A stretch of DNA of 64,000 bases from the NCBI GenBank assembly GCA_963823665.1, contig CAWGMQ010000004.1, positions 96,001 through 160,000 on the forward strand. The letters are read 5' to 3'. The stretch is from an uncultured Planctomycetota bacterium (GTDB lineage: Bacteria; Planctomycetota; Planctomycetia; Isosphaerales; Isosphaeraceae). Made by a program: the position numbers and the translations under genes. Under the pieces are notes generated by a model that did no database searches, was not told the DNA's origin, and saw nothing but the letters and a program-made list of their open reading frames with translations. Below, in pieces: positions 17,771 to 30,907 of the stretch. The stretch's first letter is position 1. The number at the start of each line of letters is the position of its first letter.

Positions 17771-19105
17771 GTGACAGCCCGGCAGGAACGAGATGAAGTC
17801 TGCGTTTGCATCGATCACGAGGCGATTTCGATCCAGCGGCCGGTGCCGACAGCAGCTCATGCCGTTTCTCGGCGCACCAGGCGCCTGGACCGCACCTTCC
17901 GGCGATTGATCCTTGCCGTCATGGGGTTCGTACTGGCCGCGAGCTGGATCGCGTGGCCATCCGGAAGCTCGACCGCCTTGGGGTTGCTGCAGCGCGCGAA
18001 ATCGGGCGCATTGCGTTCGCTCGGATTTGAACCCGACCGGTCGGAGATCGATGCCTACTGGCGCGACCGCCGTGATCGCCGTGAAGTCCGAACGCGCGAG
18101 CGATACAAGACGATATGCGAAGGGCTTGCACCCGAGAAACAGGCGTTCCTTCGCGCGGCCGGCATGGGCCCAGACCGAGCCGTGGTGCGATGGGGCAATT
18201 ACGACATGACGCTCGTGATGTCGGGTGAGGTCTTCGCGTCCGTCAATTCGGGCCGTGTCTACCAACTGCGCCCCTGCGTGCGTTCGTTCTGGATTCGGCA
18301 AATCGACACTTTCGGAATGGATTTCTGCGTGTTCCAGCTCCCGGATACACCTGAGATCCGCAGGCTTGCCGGGCCCGCAGGGGCGGAGGTCATTCCAGGG
18401 CTCTTTCAAACAACAAACTCCTGGGGTTGCCGGGGCCCGGAGCCCGACACGAACGCTCCTGTTCGTGGACTTGTGCTCGGCGACTCGTTCATGCAGGGTT
18501 ACCTGGTGGGTGACGAACAGACACCACCCGAACAGGTTCGACGATTCCTGCGTGACGAACTTGGCAAGGAAGTCTCGATCCTGAACACGGGAACCCTCGG
18601 TTACTGCCCCGAGCATTACTATTACACTTTGAAGGAATTCATTGGGAGGTTCCGACCCCGGTTCGTCGTGGTGGGCCTTTACTCGAACGATTTCGGCGAA
18701 GATGGCGACGTACTCTCGGGCCGAGCCGACTGGATCGAGGAGCAGCACTGGCTCAATTTGATTGTGCGGCTGTGCCGCTCACACAACGCTCTCTGCCTCT
18801 TCGCACCTGTGCCTTGTGAGATCCAGCTCATCGCCACGCGCAATCAGGGACACTGGCCCGGCGGGGCCGCCAACATCACGGGCGCGTCCGGGCGAAACTT
18901 CTGTGACCCGACCGAAGCGTTCATTGAAGAGGATCTGAAGTTCCGCCCGCCGTGGAATCCGCGAGGCATCATCCGGGGCGGCCGCTGCCATCTCTATAAT
19001 GGCGATCTTGGCGACGGCCACCTCTCACCCGCAGGGACGGCGCTCTGGGGCAAGGTCGTCGCGCGGCGGCTCGCTCAGCTCATCGCCAAGGAGCCGGAGG
19101 AATAG
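17771..19105 (+). CDS. SGNH/GDSL hydrolase-like membrane-anchored protein
   Basis: LGDSF, NTGTLGY, YSND and DGHL blocks; N-terminal TM. Start codon uncertain. Confidence 0.8.
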   Translation: MTARQERDEVCVCIDHEAISIQRPVPTAAHAVSRRTRRLDRTFRRLILAVMGFVLAASWIAWPSGSSTALGLLQRAKSGALRSLGFEPDRSEIDAYWRDRRDRREVRTRERYKTICEGLAPEKQAFLRAAGMGPDRAVVRWGNYDMTLVMSGEVFASVNSGRVYQLRPCVRSFWIRQIDTFGMDFCVFQLPDTPEIRRLAGPAGAEVIPGLFQTTNSWGCRGPEPDTNAPVRGLVLGDSFMQGYLVGDEQTPPEQVRRFLRDELGKEVSILNTGTLGYCPEHYYYTLKEFIGRFRPRFVVVGLYSNDFGEDGDVLSGRADWIEEQHWLNLIVRLCRSHNALCLFAPVPCEIQLIATRNQGHWPGGAANITGASGRNFCDPTEAFIEEDLKFRPPWNPRGIIRGGRCHLYNGDLGDGHLSPAGTALWGKVVARRLAQLIAKEPEE

Positions 19106-19106
19106 A

Positions 19107-19556
19107 TCAATTCGATTCCTTCTTCCGCTCGTATGTGACCATGAACAGCTTGGTACCCTTCTTGGTCTTGAACTCGGTCGGCCGGGATTCGCCTGAGAGG
19201 TCGTAGCAGATCTTCAGCGTGTCGTCCTTGAGCTCATAGATTGCCAGGAACGTCTTGCCTTTGTTCGGGCCTTCGACGCCCTTGATGTCCATCGTCTTGG
19301 GGTCTGCTTTCGTGTCGTAAGTAATGGTTCCTTTGTCCGGCGACTCGGCGACGGCTTCGTATTCGTCTTTCTTGAGCGTCAACTTCAGATTCTCGTAGAA
19401 TTTCTTCGGCATCTCCTTGCCGGCCATCTCCGCCTTGGCCGCCTGCCACGTGCCGTCGATTTTCGGCTCTTCCTTCTTGGCGTCATCGCAACGGGCGACG
19501 CACGGCAGCGCAAGCAGAATGACAATGGATGTGCGAGCAAAAAACGGCCTCATCAT
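19107..19556 (-). CDS. Planctomycete TIGR03067-type exported domain protein
   Basis: Signal peptide, then IDGTW, DPKTMDI, GPNKGKTFLAIYELKDDTLKICY and RPTEF. Confidence 0.85.
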   Translation of the reverse strand: MMRPFFARTSIVILLALPCVARCDDAKKEEPKIDGTWQAAKAEMAGKEMPKKFYENLKLTLKKDEYEAVAESPDKGTITYDTKADPKTMDIKGVEGPNKGKTFLAIYELKDDTLKICYDLSGESRPTEFKTKKGTKLFMVTYERKKESN

Positions 19557-19597
19557 GGTTCTCCGATTCTTGAAGATGGAACTGAAAAGTCTGGAAA

Positions 19598-20515
19598 TCA
19601 ACGTGCGCGAACTGGACGCACCGGGACGCAACAATCCAGGTCGAATTCCGCCCAGTTCTCGGTCGTGGTGGGATAGCTGCGAAACACTTCCATCGCCGGG
19701 GCGTGAGTCGGCTCGAGGCCGCTGCGAGGCAGCCAGCGGTAGAAAAGATGCCTCCATGCTCGATCAACCTTCTGGATATCGCCCCGGCAGTGGAGTTCTC
19801 CGAATCGGCCCGCGGGGATGGTTCCCGAACTGATTCCGTCGTCCGCCGGCATGCCGTCCGGCAGAACCAGGCACCAGTCGAAACGATATTTCGCCATTGG
19901 TGTGATGTCAGGATCATCCTGGCTCATGCCGATCAAGGTGGCTTTGGGAACGACGCCGTGGCGGAGGCCCCAGTCGATGATTTTCCGATATCCCGCGAAG
20001 ATCTTATCGGGCTGGTAGCCGCCGATCACGCGAACATAGCCGATTCGCAATGCGGAGCGCTCGCGAACCCGCACGCGGAAGCGGTCGGGGTTTGCGGCAG
20101 CCGGTAACGCACCAAAACCATATCCGGCGTTGGCCATCAGGTCTTGCCGGATCTTGCTCATTTCGAGAAAGACTTCGCGCGTGTAAGCGCGGGGACTGAA
20201 GCCATAGGCTTGCTTGAAAGCCCGAGAAAAATCTGAAGAAGACGCAAAGCCGTAGCGAAGCGCGATTGACGTCAGGCTTCGTTTGGGGGTGTGCGCCATC
20301 GCGAAGACCGCCCGCTCCAGCCGCAGTCTTACGATGAACGCGTGCACCGGCTCGCCGACCACCGATCGAAAGACACGGTGGAAGTGAAACGGCGAGAAAT
20401 GAGCCAGGCGGGCCAGCTTCTCCAGAGGAAGGGACTCGTCGAGGTGCCCGGAGATAAAGTCCATCACGCGATTGACCCGACGGCAATAGATCTCGGCAGA
20501 TCGCCTCGCGTTCAT
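19598..20515 (-). CDS. AraC family regulator with GyrI-like effector domain
   Basis: N-terminal AraC HTH (LARLAHFSPFHFHRVF, FSRAFKQAYGFSP) and a C-terminal GyrI-like domain (DDPDITP...YRFD). Confidence 0.92.
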   Translation of the reverse strand: MNARRSAEIYCRRVNRVMDFISGHLDESLPLEKLARLAHFSPFHFHRVFRSVVGEPVHAFIVRLRLERAVFAMAHTPKRSLTSIALRYGFASSSDFSRAFKQAYGFSPRAYTREVFLEMSKIRQDLMANAGYGFGALPAAANPDRFRVRVRERSALRIGYVRVIGGYQPDKIFAGYRKIIDWGLRHGVVPKATLIGMSQDDPDITPMAKYRFDWCLVLPDGMPADDGISSGTIPAGRFGELHCRGDIQKVDRAWRHLFYRWLPRSGLEPTHAPAMEVFRSYPTTTENWAEFDLDCCVPVRPVRAR

Positions 20516-20844
20516 GGGCACCTCAATGGCCACGCTGCCCTTCCCTTCCCCTGTTGCTGTCCCCGGCTTCAATCCGGCTCGTTCGCTTTGCCGGTGACAA
20601 GATTCGCATGCGAAACGCGTTCGAACAATCTATCATCGAACCGGACGGCGACGGAACCTCGCGAAGAAATTTACGTGCTGAATTGGTGTGAAGGGCGATC
20701 GCTTGGCTCGCGAAAGCGTTATACTGAACGATGCGGTCCGCTTGTGCGGGGCGCGAGATCCGAGCACGGCTCGCCAAGGGCGGAATTGCCACCCGGCGAG
20801 CCAACGAGCGAGAACCGGTCCAGAACCTGGGGCAAATTCCCCTG

Positions 20845-22127
20845 ATGACGAGTGCAAGCCCGCCTGCCGCAGTCACGCGGAGCCGACGCCCTATCATCGC
20901 GGCTGCTGTGTTCATTCTGCTCGCGCTTGGCGCGGTGGGTTTCTACCTGGGCAGGGACACGATCGGCCGGCGGGAGGCGCACGCGGTCACCCTGGCGCTC
21001 AACGAGGGGCGACGCGACGACGCCGCGATTGCGCTTGATCGCTGGCTGAAAGCCTCGCCTGAATCCGCTGAAGCGCATTTCCTGAAGGCACGGCTCGCCT
21101 GGATCGAGGGTGATCTGCCGGTGGCGCAGGCGGAGCTGGACCAAGCGGAAAAGCTCGGACACCCGCAACAGGCTCTGGCCAGGCTGACGGGACTTCTTCT
21201 GGCGCGAGGGAGCCGGAAAACCGGTGCCGAGCCGTTTCTACGTCATGCGCTCGACGCCTCGCAAGGCGCCGATCGGGAGGTGGCGGAGGCCCTGGTCCGG
21301 CTGTACATGGAGGGCTTTCGCCTGAACGACGCCACCGTGGTGCTCGACCGATGGATGAAGGCGGCGCCTCGCGATGCGCGCCCATACACGCTTCAAGCCG
21401 AGATCGATTGGCGGACGCACGAGGATGATGAGGTCATCATCAGCCGCTACCGGGCGGCGCTCGAGCGCGACGGCAGTCTGAGCGAAGCGCGGCTGGGGCT
21501 GGCCAAGCATCTTCACATGAGCCGCCGCTTTCCAGAGGCCGCGGTTGAGTATGCCGCGTATCTGGCCCGGCAGCCGCAAGATTCGGCCGGTTATCTGGGG
21601 GCGGGCCAGAACGCTCTCGACATGGGAGACGACAATGCCGCCGGGCCGATCCTGGATCGGGCGCTCGAGCTGGCGCCTCACGATTCCGAAGTGCTGGCCG
21701 CCTGCGCCACGCTCCAGGTGCATCGAGGTCAGCTCGAAAAAGCGGTTACGCTGTTCGATCAAGCCATCGCGGCAGACCCAACTGACCACTGGAATTGCTA
21801 TCAGCGCATGCTTATTCTTTCCAGGTTAGGCCGAAAGGCTGAAGCGAACGTCGAGCGTCTGCGAGTCGAGCGGCTTAAGCGCGATCAAGACCACGTCAAC
21901 GACCTCAGGCGGGCGCTGTGCGCAGGCCGCTCGATGCCAAGCTCCGCAGCGAGACCGCGAGCTGGCTGATGGAACACGGTCACGAGGACGAAGCGGTTGA
22001 TTGGGCGAACCTCGTGCTGCAAGGGGACCCGACTCACCCCGCGATGAACCGGCTGCTCGCCGATCATTTTCGCAAGAAGGGCCAGCCAGGCCTGGCGAAA
22101 TTCTATGAAGCGCAAATGCGCCGGTGA
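20845..22127 (+). CDS. Membrane-anchored TPR protein, frameshift near 21920
   Basis: TM followed by TPR-like repeats; the C-terminus continues in ORF 21918..22127 (RPLDAKLRSETASWLMEHG). Confidence 0.8.
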
Positions 22128-22193
22128 ACGAGTAATGTTTCGACCAACGGACGGCTGACCAAGAGACAACCCAAACGGAATTCGAGTTGATCA

Positions 22194-23542
22194 ATGATGA
22201 AAGCACCTCGACGGATCGCGTGGTTCGCCGCTCTGTTGATCCTGGCTGCAGGGCATCACCGCATCGCCGCAGGAAGTCAGGACGCGCGGCGCGCGCCCAA
22301 CGTCCTGCTGATCGTCGTGGACGATCTGGGATACGGCGACCTCGGCTGTTACGGCTCGAAGGAGATCCGCACGCCGGCGATTGACCGCCTGGCGACGGAA
22401 GGGGTGCGCCTGACCGATTTCTACGCCAACAGCGCCATGTGCTCGCCGACGCGCGCGGCCTTGTTGACCGGCGCTATCCCCAGCGCGCCGGATTTGACTG
22501 GGCAATCGGTTATGGCGAGCGAGGGCGAGGGCTGGCGGCGTCGGAGACGTCGCTGCCGCGGATGATGCGCGACGCAGGGTACCGCACGGCCTTCTTCGGC
22601 AAGTGGCACCTCGGCTACGACGACCGGTATAGCGCGATTGCCCACGGGTTCGACGAGTTTTTCGGCATCCTCGCCGCCGACATCGACTATTACGGCCATA
22701 AGGAAGCCACCGGCGAGCCGGGGCTCTACGAGGGGACCAAGCTGGTCGACCGGCCGGGATACATGACGGACCTGATCGCCGAACGGGCGCTCCAGTTCAT
22801 CGACAAGAATGCGGCGAAGCCGTTCTTTCTCGAGGTCGCCTTCAATGCGCCCCACTACCCGTTTCAGCCGCCGGGAAAGCCCGATGACGTGCGGACCATG
22901 CGGAACTACGGACCGAACGCCGGCACGCGAGCCGATTACATCCAGATGGTCGAATGCGTGGATCGCCGGATCGGCGAGATCGTTCGTTCGCTGGACCAGC
23001 ACCAGCTTGCTGCGAATACGCTGGTCGTGTTCGTGGATGACAACGGCGGCGAGCGGCTCTCGAGCAATGCCCCGTTCGCCGGCGGTAAGGCAACGCTTCT
23101 GGAAGGGGGAATTCGCGTCCCTTGCGTGATTCGCTGGCCGGGCGTGGTTCCAGCGGGGCGGGTATCGCACCAGGTGACGATGACGATGGACCTGACGGCA
23201 AGCATTCTTTCGGCCTGCGGCGTCAAACCGCCTGCGGGCCGGGTCTTGGACGGCGAGGATCTGCTGCCGATTCTGGCCGGGAAGGCCCCCGAGCGCGAGC
23301 GCACGGTATTCTGGCGGATCCGTCATCCGGCGGCACTTCGGCTGCAGAAGGCGGTGCGTCGCGGACGCTGGAAGTACTTGACCGAAGGACGAATCAGCGT
23401 GCTCTTCGATCTAGAATCTGACCCGGGCGAGAAGCGCGACGTCGCCCGCGAGAACCCGGAGACTCTCGCGGAGCTCAAGCAGGCGATTGCGGACTGGGAA
23501 AAGCAGGTGCCGCCCCCGAGGGGCAATGTGCCGCTGCGATGA
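22194..23542 (+). CDS. Arylsulfatase (formylglycine-dependent), frameshift near 22472
   Basis: [38 protein letters not shown] and EGGIRVP motifs. Confidence 0.93.
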
Positions 23543-23578
23543 GCTGGCACGGTCATTGACCTGCGGCGTTGCGTTCGA

Positions 23579-26500
23579 TCATCGAGCGCCGCTCTCGTCG
23601 AGCTCGGCCAGCCGCAGGCAGCGCGCTTCCCATTCCGAAGCGGTCAGAACGTGGACCATACCGTCGGAGGAAAGCTCCATGCGGGTGAGCTCTTCGACCC
23701 AGCACTTGATGCGCTCGATCGTTCCCGTGGCGGGTGGGGGCACCTCCCAGATTCGCGCGGTGGCGTCGGCGGAAGCGGTCAGCACGGCGCGGCCGTCGGG
23801 CCGGAAGCCAACGGAAACGACTCGGCCACCGTGTTCGCGCACTGGACTGATCGGCTTGCCAGCAGCGAGGTCCCAGATCCGGGCCGTTCCGTCGCCGCAA
23901 CCCACCAGCACGGCGCGGCCGTCGGGGGAAATTGCCAGGTCCATGATCAGACTTTGAAGCATGAGCGGCGGCGCAACGGACTTGCCGGTTGCGGGATCCC
24001 AGAACCGCAGGGCCTTGTCCCAGCCTCCGCTCACGATGAGTTTACCGTCGGGCCGGAATGCCAGCCCGCGCAACGAACCCTGATGCGTGAGCGGCTCCCC
24101 GAAAGGCGCGTGAGTGGCGGCATTCCAGAGACGGCCGGTCATGTCGTCGCTGCCCGTGACGATCGTGCCTCCATCGGGGCTGAACTTGATGGCCTCGATC
24201 CGCGTCGCTCGCTTCTGCTCGAGAGTGGCTCCGACCGGCTTTCGCGTGGCGAGGTCCCAGAAGCGAACGACGCCGTCGTGATCGCCGACCAGGATCGTGC
24301 GGCCGTCGGGGCTGAATGTGACGACATTGGCCGGAGCGGGCAGTTGCAGCGGCTCACCGATCGGTTGACCGGTAGCTCTGCTCCAGAGGCCCACCGTCCG
24401 GTTGCCGCCACCGGTGGCGACGGTTCCGCCATCGGGACTGAAGGCGATCGCGCGCATCATAGCGTGCTGGTCAAGGACCCCGCCGATGGAGCGGCCGGTT
24501 GCGGCGTCATGCAGGCGGGCTGTGCCGTCCGAGCACGCGACCAGGATCACCCGACCGTCCGGGCTGAAGCACGCGCGCGAGACAACGCTTGGCTGCGGAA
24601 ATCTGAGCTCGCGCGAAAGGCTGGTAGCCGTGTCCCAGACCTGGGCCTCAAAATCCCAGCCGGCGGTGACGAGAAGTGATCCATCACCGCTGAACGTGGC
24701 GTGATTCACAGTGCCGACGTGTTCGAGCGGGCTGCCGACGGAGCGCCCCGTGGCGGCATCCCAGAGTCTGGCTGTGTTGTCGTCGCCGCAGGTGACGGCC
24801 GTTCGACCGTCCGGACTGAATGTGACGAAAGTGAGCTCGCTCTCGTGCCGCAGTGGGGCGCTAATGGGCTCGCCCGTGGCGGCGTTCCAGAGCCGCCCGG
24901 AACGATCCATGCTGCCGGTCAATACCGTCTTGCCATCAGGGCTGAACGCGACGGAGAAGAGGATCGCGGCGTGCACGAGCGGCTTGCCGATCTGCTTGGC
25001 AGTGGCGACGTCCCAGAGCCGGGCGATGCCGTCGAAGCCGCCGGTGACCACTGTCTTGCCGTCAGGACTGATCGCCGCGCGGAGGATCTCTTGTCCGTGG
25101 AAGAGCGGTGGACTCACCGGTTCGCCCGTGGCGGCATTCCACAGGCGAGCGGTCTTGTCGATGCTTGCGGTCATGATCGTCAGGCCGTCGGGGCTGAATG
25201 CCAGGTCGGTCACCCAGCCTTCGTGGGCCATTGGTTTGGCGGCGGCCGCACCGGTCGCCGCCGAGTACACCCGCGCAGTCCGATCCTTGCCGCCGATCGC
25301 GATCCGCGAGCCGTCGCGGCTGAACGCGGCACAAATGATCGCTTCTTGATGTGGGATGGGTGCGCCCAAGGCCCGTCCGGTGGCGATCTCGCGAAGGCGG
25401 AGCGTGTTCGCGTTGTCGGCGACGAGCAAGACCGTGCGGTCGGGGTTGAACCAGGTGTCAAGCTCGTCGCGAAACGCGGTCCGGGACCAGCCGATGCCGC
25501 CATCTGCATCGTTGATCCAGGCGAGCGGATCCTCGAAGACGCAGGGCGGGCCCTGCGGCTTTCCGGTCGAGGCATCCCACATCGTCACATTCATTGTCGG
25601 GTTGGTGTCGAAGCAGTTCACCGTGATGAGCGTATGGCTTTCGGGCCGGAACACAACGGCCGCGACCCGGGTCGTAGGGTGGCGCAGAATCGCCTTGAGA
25701 GACGTGAGCTGCCGGCTCCACGCGGCGAGGTTTGCCCGGAGCGCGCCTTTGAGATTCTCGCTGTCGGCAGGAGTGACGTCGAGCGCGCGCGCCATCCAGA
25801 GCAGCCCGCGGTTGACCTCGCCGCGCTCGCAGAGCGAAAGTGCGCGATCCATGGTCAGGTTTGCGGAGAGCAGCTCGGCGCGAGACTTCTCGCGAAAAGC
25901 TTCGTGATAGTTGTTTTCGGCCAGCCGGCGCTGCACGTCGGTGCGGTCTTTCTCGGCGCGAACCATCACGCCGTTGACTGCGAGCGCAACGACGGCTGAA
26001 GCAAGCAAGACGGCGAGCGCCGCCACGGCCGGCTTGTGCCGCCGCGCCCATCGCGCGGCTCGTTGCGGCGCCGGCTCGCGGTAGACCCGCACCGGCTCGT
26101 CAGCCAGCCAGCGATCAACCTCGGCGGCCAGAGCTGTGGCCGATTCATAGCGGTGCACAGGTTGAATCGCCATGGCCTTGCGCACAATCGCCTCGAGCGC
26201 TGGCGGCACACCGCGATCGACCTGGCGCGGCGGCGGGTAATCGCCGCGCTTCACTCTGGGCAGGAGCGACTGAATGTCTGGCTCGTCGAAGGGAGGCTTG
26301 CCCGTCAAGATGCAGTAGAGCGTGGCTCCGAGACTGTAGACGTCGCTGGCGGGTCCGATCGAGGCGAGCGTGCCCTCAGCTTGCTCGGGGCTCATATACG
26401 AGGGCGTGCCGATGATGGTGCCCTGGACGGTCTCGGCATTTGAGTTGCCGCTCGAGGGCATGAAGGTGGCCTCGGCTGAATGAGCGGCGCCCAACTCCTC

Positions 26501-27449
26501 ACGGCCGACAACCTTGGCCAGGCCCCAGTCAACGACGAGGGTCTCGCCGTAGGGTCCGAGCATGATGTTCGAAGGCTTGAGATCCCGATGGATCACACCC
26601 CGGCTATGTGCATACGCTACTGTATTGCAAACGTCGATGAATCTTGAGAGAAGCTGGCGTAGTGATAGCGCATGGTCGCCCGGGGACCGCCCGCCTTTCG
26701 CGCCAGCTTTGCGGTGAGCGTCGATGGCTTCCTTGAGTGTCTCGCCGCGCACGAATCGCATCGCGTAGAACGGCCGGCCGTCTGCTCTCGTGCCCAGGCC
26801 ATAGACCGGTACAACGCCGGGATGCTCGAGGCGCCCCGTGACCTCGGCCTCCAGCAGGAACCTGGCGCGGCTGGCGAGGTTCCCGGCCTGGTCGGGCAAA
26901 ATCTCCTTGAGGGCCACTTCGCGGTGGAGCTCGGCGTCGAGTGCGACACTGACGACGCCGATGCCTCCGCGGGCGTGCGGCCGCAAAACCCGAAAACGAG
27001 CACCGGCTGAACTCGGCTGGCCCAGGCCGAGGCTGAAATCAGTGGTTGCCTGGGGGTCGATGTCCGATCCGGCAACGGTTCTCATCACGGGGCGAGATGA
27101 TCTCCGGCGCGGCACCGTTGTGCATCGAAAGTTGGGCCAAAGTCGCGTCAAGCTCGGGCTCGCCGAGTTGCCGTAACCCGGTGACGATGGCCGGCGGCGG
27201 CGAGACGGCCGCGAGACTTCGCTCCATGCTGCCGCCGTGCTTGGCGACATGACGGCGCACCAGGTTTTCCAGGGTCGCGCGATCGTGAGTGGCCAACGCG
27301 CCCCGGTCCACAAGCACCTGAGCCAGCGACCCGCCCCGGTTCTTCGACCAGCGCTGGAAGGCATCGAGCAAGTCGGCTTGCTCGAACAGGCCGAGCTGAA
27401 GCCCCAGAATGCCGAAGAGCAGGTTGGTGTCGACTTCGACGGATGCCAT
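23579..27449 (-). CDS. Ser/Thr protein kinase with C-terminal WD40 repeats, frameshift near 27090
   Basis: [26 protein letters not shown] and [10 protein letters not shown], one TM, many FSPDG...ARLWDAATG repeats; the N-terminus [10 protein letters not shown] is in ORF 27039..27449. Confidence 0.93.
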
Positions 27450-27598
27450 CGCAGGTTTTCCAGGCAGTCATTCCTTGCGCGAAATTGTGTTTGGAGCTTA
27501 CCATGCCAGACAAGGTCGTGCCAAATCGGAGGCACGAGAGACCGATGATGCACATTGAGTGCAAGAGCGATTTCTACCTCTACGAACCGAGGACGATC

Positions 27599-28952
27599 AT
27601 GGCGACCTACCAGTTTCCCGAAGGCTTCGTCTGGGGCGCGGCGACGGCGGCCGCTCAGATCGAGGGGGCCGCGCGATCAGGCGGCAAGGGCGAATCGATC
27701 TGGGACCGATTTCGCCACGCTGCCCGGCAAGATCAAGAACGGCGATACCCCCGAGATCGCTTGCGATCATTATCACCGTTATGAGGCTGACTTCGACCTG
27801 CTCCGTCAGCTCGGCATCGCCCACTACCGGCTTTCGATCGCATGGCCGCGGGTCTTTCCCATAAGCGACGGAAACGATCAACGCACAAGGGCTTGATGAT
27901 TACTCGCGGATGATCGACGCTCTGCTCGAACGGGAGATCACGCCGTGGGTCACGCTCTTCCACTGGGACTTGCCGCAGGCGCTGGAAGACCGGGGCGGCT
28001 GGCTCGTTCGCGGAACCGTCGACGCCTTCAGCCGCTACAGCGAGGCGGTCGTGAAACGATTGGGCGACCGAGTGAAGAACTGGTTCACGGTGAATGAGAT
28101 TCCTTGTTTCATCGGCAATGGATATGGCAACGGGTACTTCGCGCCGGGCAGCCGAGTGAGCGCGCGCGAGCTGAACCAGGCTTATCACCACGCGCTGCTG
28201 GCGCATGGGTTTGGGGTCGAGGCTGTGCGGACACACGCGATGGCCGGAGCGCGTGTGGGTCTGGTGCATAACCACCTGCCCGCGCCGCCGATTCCGGTGA
28301 CCGAGACCGAGGCCGACGTTGTCGCTGCGCGAGCCGAGTACGCGCGGACCAACGGGCAACTGATGGGCCCTGTTTTCCTGGGAGAGTATCCCGAATCGTT
28401 TCTTCGCGACGCCGGAGTCGAATGCTCCGCAGGTCGAGCCGGGCGACATGGAACGTATCGCGCTGCCGACGGATTTTCTGGGGCTCAATGTTTACGCGGG
28501 GAATTTCGTGCGCGCGGGGCGTGACGGCCAGCCGGACGTCTTGCCGTTTCCGCGCGGATATCCCGAGGCCGCTTTGTGGTGGCTCAAGATCACGCCGCAA
28601 AGTCTTGTACTGGGCGGTGCGACTCGCGGCCGAGGTTTTCGGGGTCAAGACGTTTTACATGACCGAGAGCGGAGCGACATTCGACGACGAAGTGACACCA
28701 GACGGCGAGGTGCTCGACTTGCACCGGCGCGAGTATTTGCGGAGCTACCTGGTCGAGCTGCACCGGGCCGTGGCCGAGGGCTATGACGTGCGCGGCTACT
28801 TCGTCTGGTCGCTGCTCGACAATTTCGAGTGGGCGGAGGGGTATGAGAAACGGTTTGGAATCGTGCACGTGGATTTCGCAACGCAGCGTCGCACGCCGAA
28901 GCTCTCGGCGCGGTGGTATTCGGAAGTGATTCGGAATAATCGGATTGTTTGA
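27599..28952 (+). CDS. Glycoside hydrolase family 1 beta-glucosidase, several frameshifts
   Basis: [34 protein letters not shown] (acid/base), MTESG (nucleophile) and WSLLDNFEW, spread over several ORF fragments. Confidence 0.92.
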
Positions 28953-29240
28953 TGTATGCGGTTCAATGCACTGGTCGCGGCTCCGCGCGAATTGTTTCGC
29001 GAATTGCCTGGAAATGATTCCATGACACGCTTACGGTGGAATGTGGACAAAACTGCCGCTTGGTCAGCGGGCTCCGCGCGACGGATCCCGAGCACCTCAC
29101 ATGACGGGGCAAGACCGATGGCATATCGCTTGATTGCTTCGATGGTGGCGTTGATATCGGTCATCATGGCGCCGTCACCGGCGGTTTCCCAGGATGAAGT
29201 CTGGAGGGAGCATCTCTCGGCCGGATACGACGCGCACTAA

Positions 29241-30907
29241 GTTCAGGTTTCGCACATTCTGAAGGCGCTTTGCGATCGGCCGAGCCGGCATTTTCGTGTC
29301 ACTCGGTTGCTCGCGACGGAGCGGGTGCAGCTTCAGTTAGCCTGGTCGACGCCGATCACGCCACTCGGCTGAGAAGATCGGTGACCTGCGCAAGCCAGGT
29401 TTTTATAGCGCGCTGATCTAAAAGCACTGCGCGAGTTTTTTCTTCAAGGCTAACACGGCGCAGTGTGGTCAATAGATCAGCAAACGAGGGTTCTTGCTTC
29501 CGTTGATACCACGGGCGGATGGGAAATCGGACGAATCGATGTCCGGTCTGGTGGAACCACACTATCACCAAGCTGTAGAGCATCAGCGCCATGGGCGCGG
29601 TACGCCCGACCGCCTTCGGCAGACGATTCGCTGGGTCTTCGAGCCCCAGGAACTGTTTGCAATTCTCGAAGGTGCATTCAATCGCCCAGCGATAGGAGTA
29701 CACCGTCAGAATTTGCCGTGCGCTCCAATCAAGCTTGGTGCAGTAGAACATCTGATCGGGGCGTTTCCCTTCCAGATCATGTACCAAGACGATCGTCAGC
29801 TCGCGGTCTCCACCTGCCTTGTAGTAGAGGGCCTTGATCGTTTTGACGGCGAGCCTGGCATGCAACCCGAACTGGTTGAATTTAAGTTCAGTCCAAGGTT
29901 GGCTGGGATCATTGGCCCACTGGGCCATGCTCGGCAGACGGGCACCTTTTTTTCGAGGCGCTCCTTTGCGTCCTTTCTTCTCGACGGGGGCACGCTCGTA
30001 AAGCGCACCCTTGGGATGGACATGGCTGATGAGATGAACGTTCGTCGGCAGATGCGACAGGATGCTCTTGCCCCCATAGGCGCTGTCGCCGGTAAGAAAG
30101 ATCTCATCGTCAGGATACCACTGAGCTACCAAGTGGATGAGCTCGCGAGCCAGTTCAGGGCGAGTGCGATGATCAGGATTGGGTTTGCAACCTTTACCCC
30201 GACCCTTCTTCCCCTTGGTGAGTCCTTGCCGATTGCGGTACAGACGCATGGTGATTGGCAAGGCGAAGACCTTGGTGGGTGCCCAAAACGGGTTCACGAC
30301 GATCAGGCAAAGCACGACCCAGTCGTGGCCCCAACTGACCAGCGACTTGGCGCGACTGGAGATCAGCGGATCGTAGTGCATGCCCGCGCCGTAGAGAGTC
30401 AATCCTCGTTTACGGCAGAGCGTGTCATCGACGGCCCAATACAGGGTAGCACCAGGCGCAGGATTGAGCCGACCAGTTTGGCCAAGCACAAGGCGAAGTG
30501 ATCGGGGTCCCACGCGGCATGACTGAAGAAGCGATGGAACCGACACCAATGGCCGTTGCCAATGTTACCGCTGGCAAAGATGAGCTCGGTCACGTAACGA
30601 TGACGGTGCGAAAGCAACCAACCCGTGACGATTTCAACGAAGGTCAGGAAGGTTGGGGTCGTGAAGACATCGGCGAATTGATGTAGCAGCTCAGTGAACG
30701 AAGCGGTAAGTTCCATTGGTCGGCTTCCTTGCCTGGGTGCCTATTTGGTTTGTAAGCCCCAGACAGGATGCCATACGTGTGCAAGGAAGCCGACATCAAT
30801 TGTCGCGACGCGGCTCTCGCCTTCCGGCGCGGAACAGGTCGCGACGCGGCCGAATCACGCATCAACGTATACGCGGCCAATGCCTGCGAAATGTGCGAAA
30901 CCTGAAC
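29241..30907 (-). mobile_element. IS701-like insertion sequence
   Basis: Terminal inverted repeats agttcaggtttcgcacatt (29240-29258) and aatgtgcgaaacctgaact (30890-30908); CTAAG at both junctions; DDE transposase inside; lower GC. Confidence 0.9.
29356..30716 (-). CDS. DDE transposase (IS701/DDE_5-like), frameshifted near 30450-30500
   Basis: WAVDDTLCRKRG, WGHDWVVL, GDSAYG and YSYRWAIECTFENCKQFLG; N-terminus in ORF 30399..30716. Confidence 0.9.

Noticed and set aside
27500..27526. Sigma-54 promoter TTGGCACG upstream of the kinase-WD40 gene
   Set aside because: The -12 element is not GC at the required GG-N10-GC spacing.
30440..30510. Programmed frameshift in the transposase
   Set aside because: No clear slippery heptamer at the break, and similar indels occur throughout the window.
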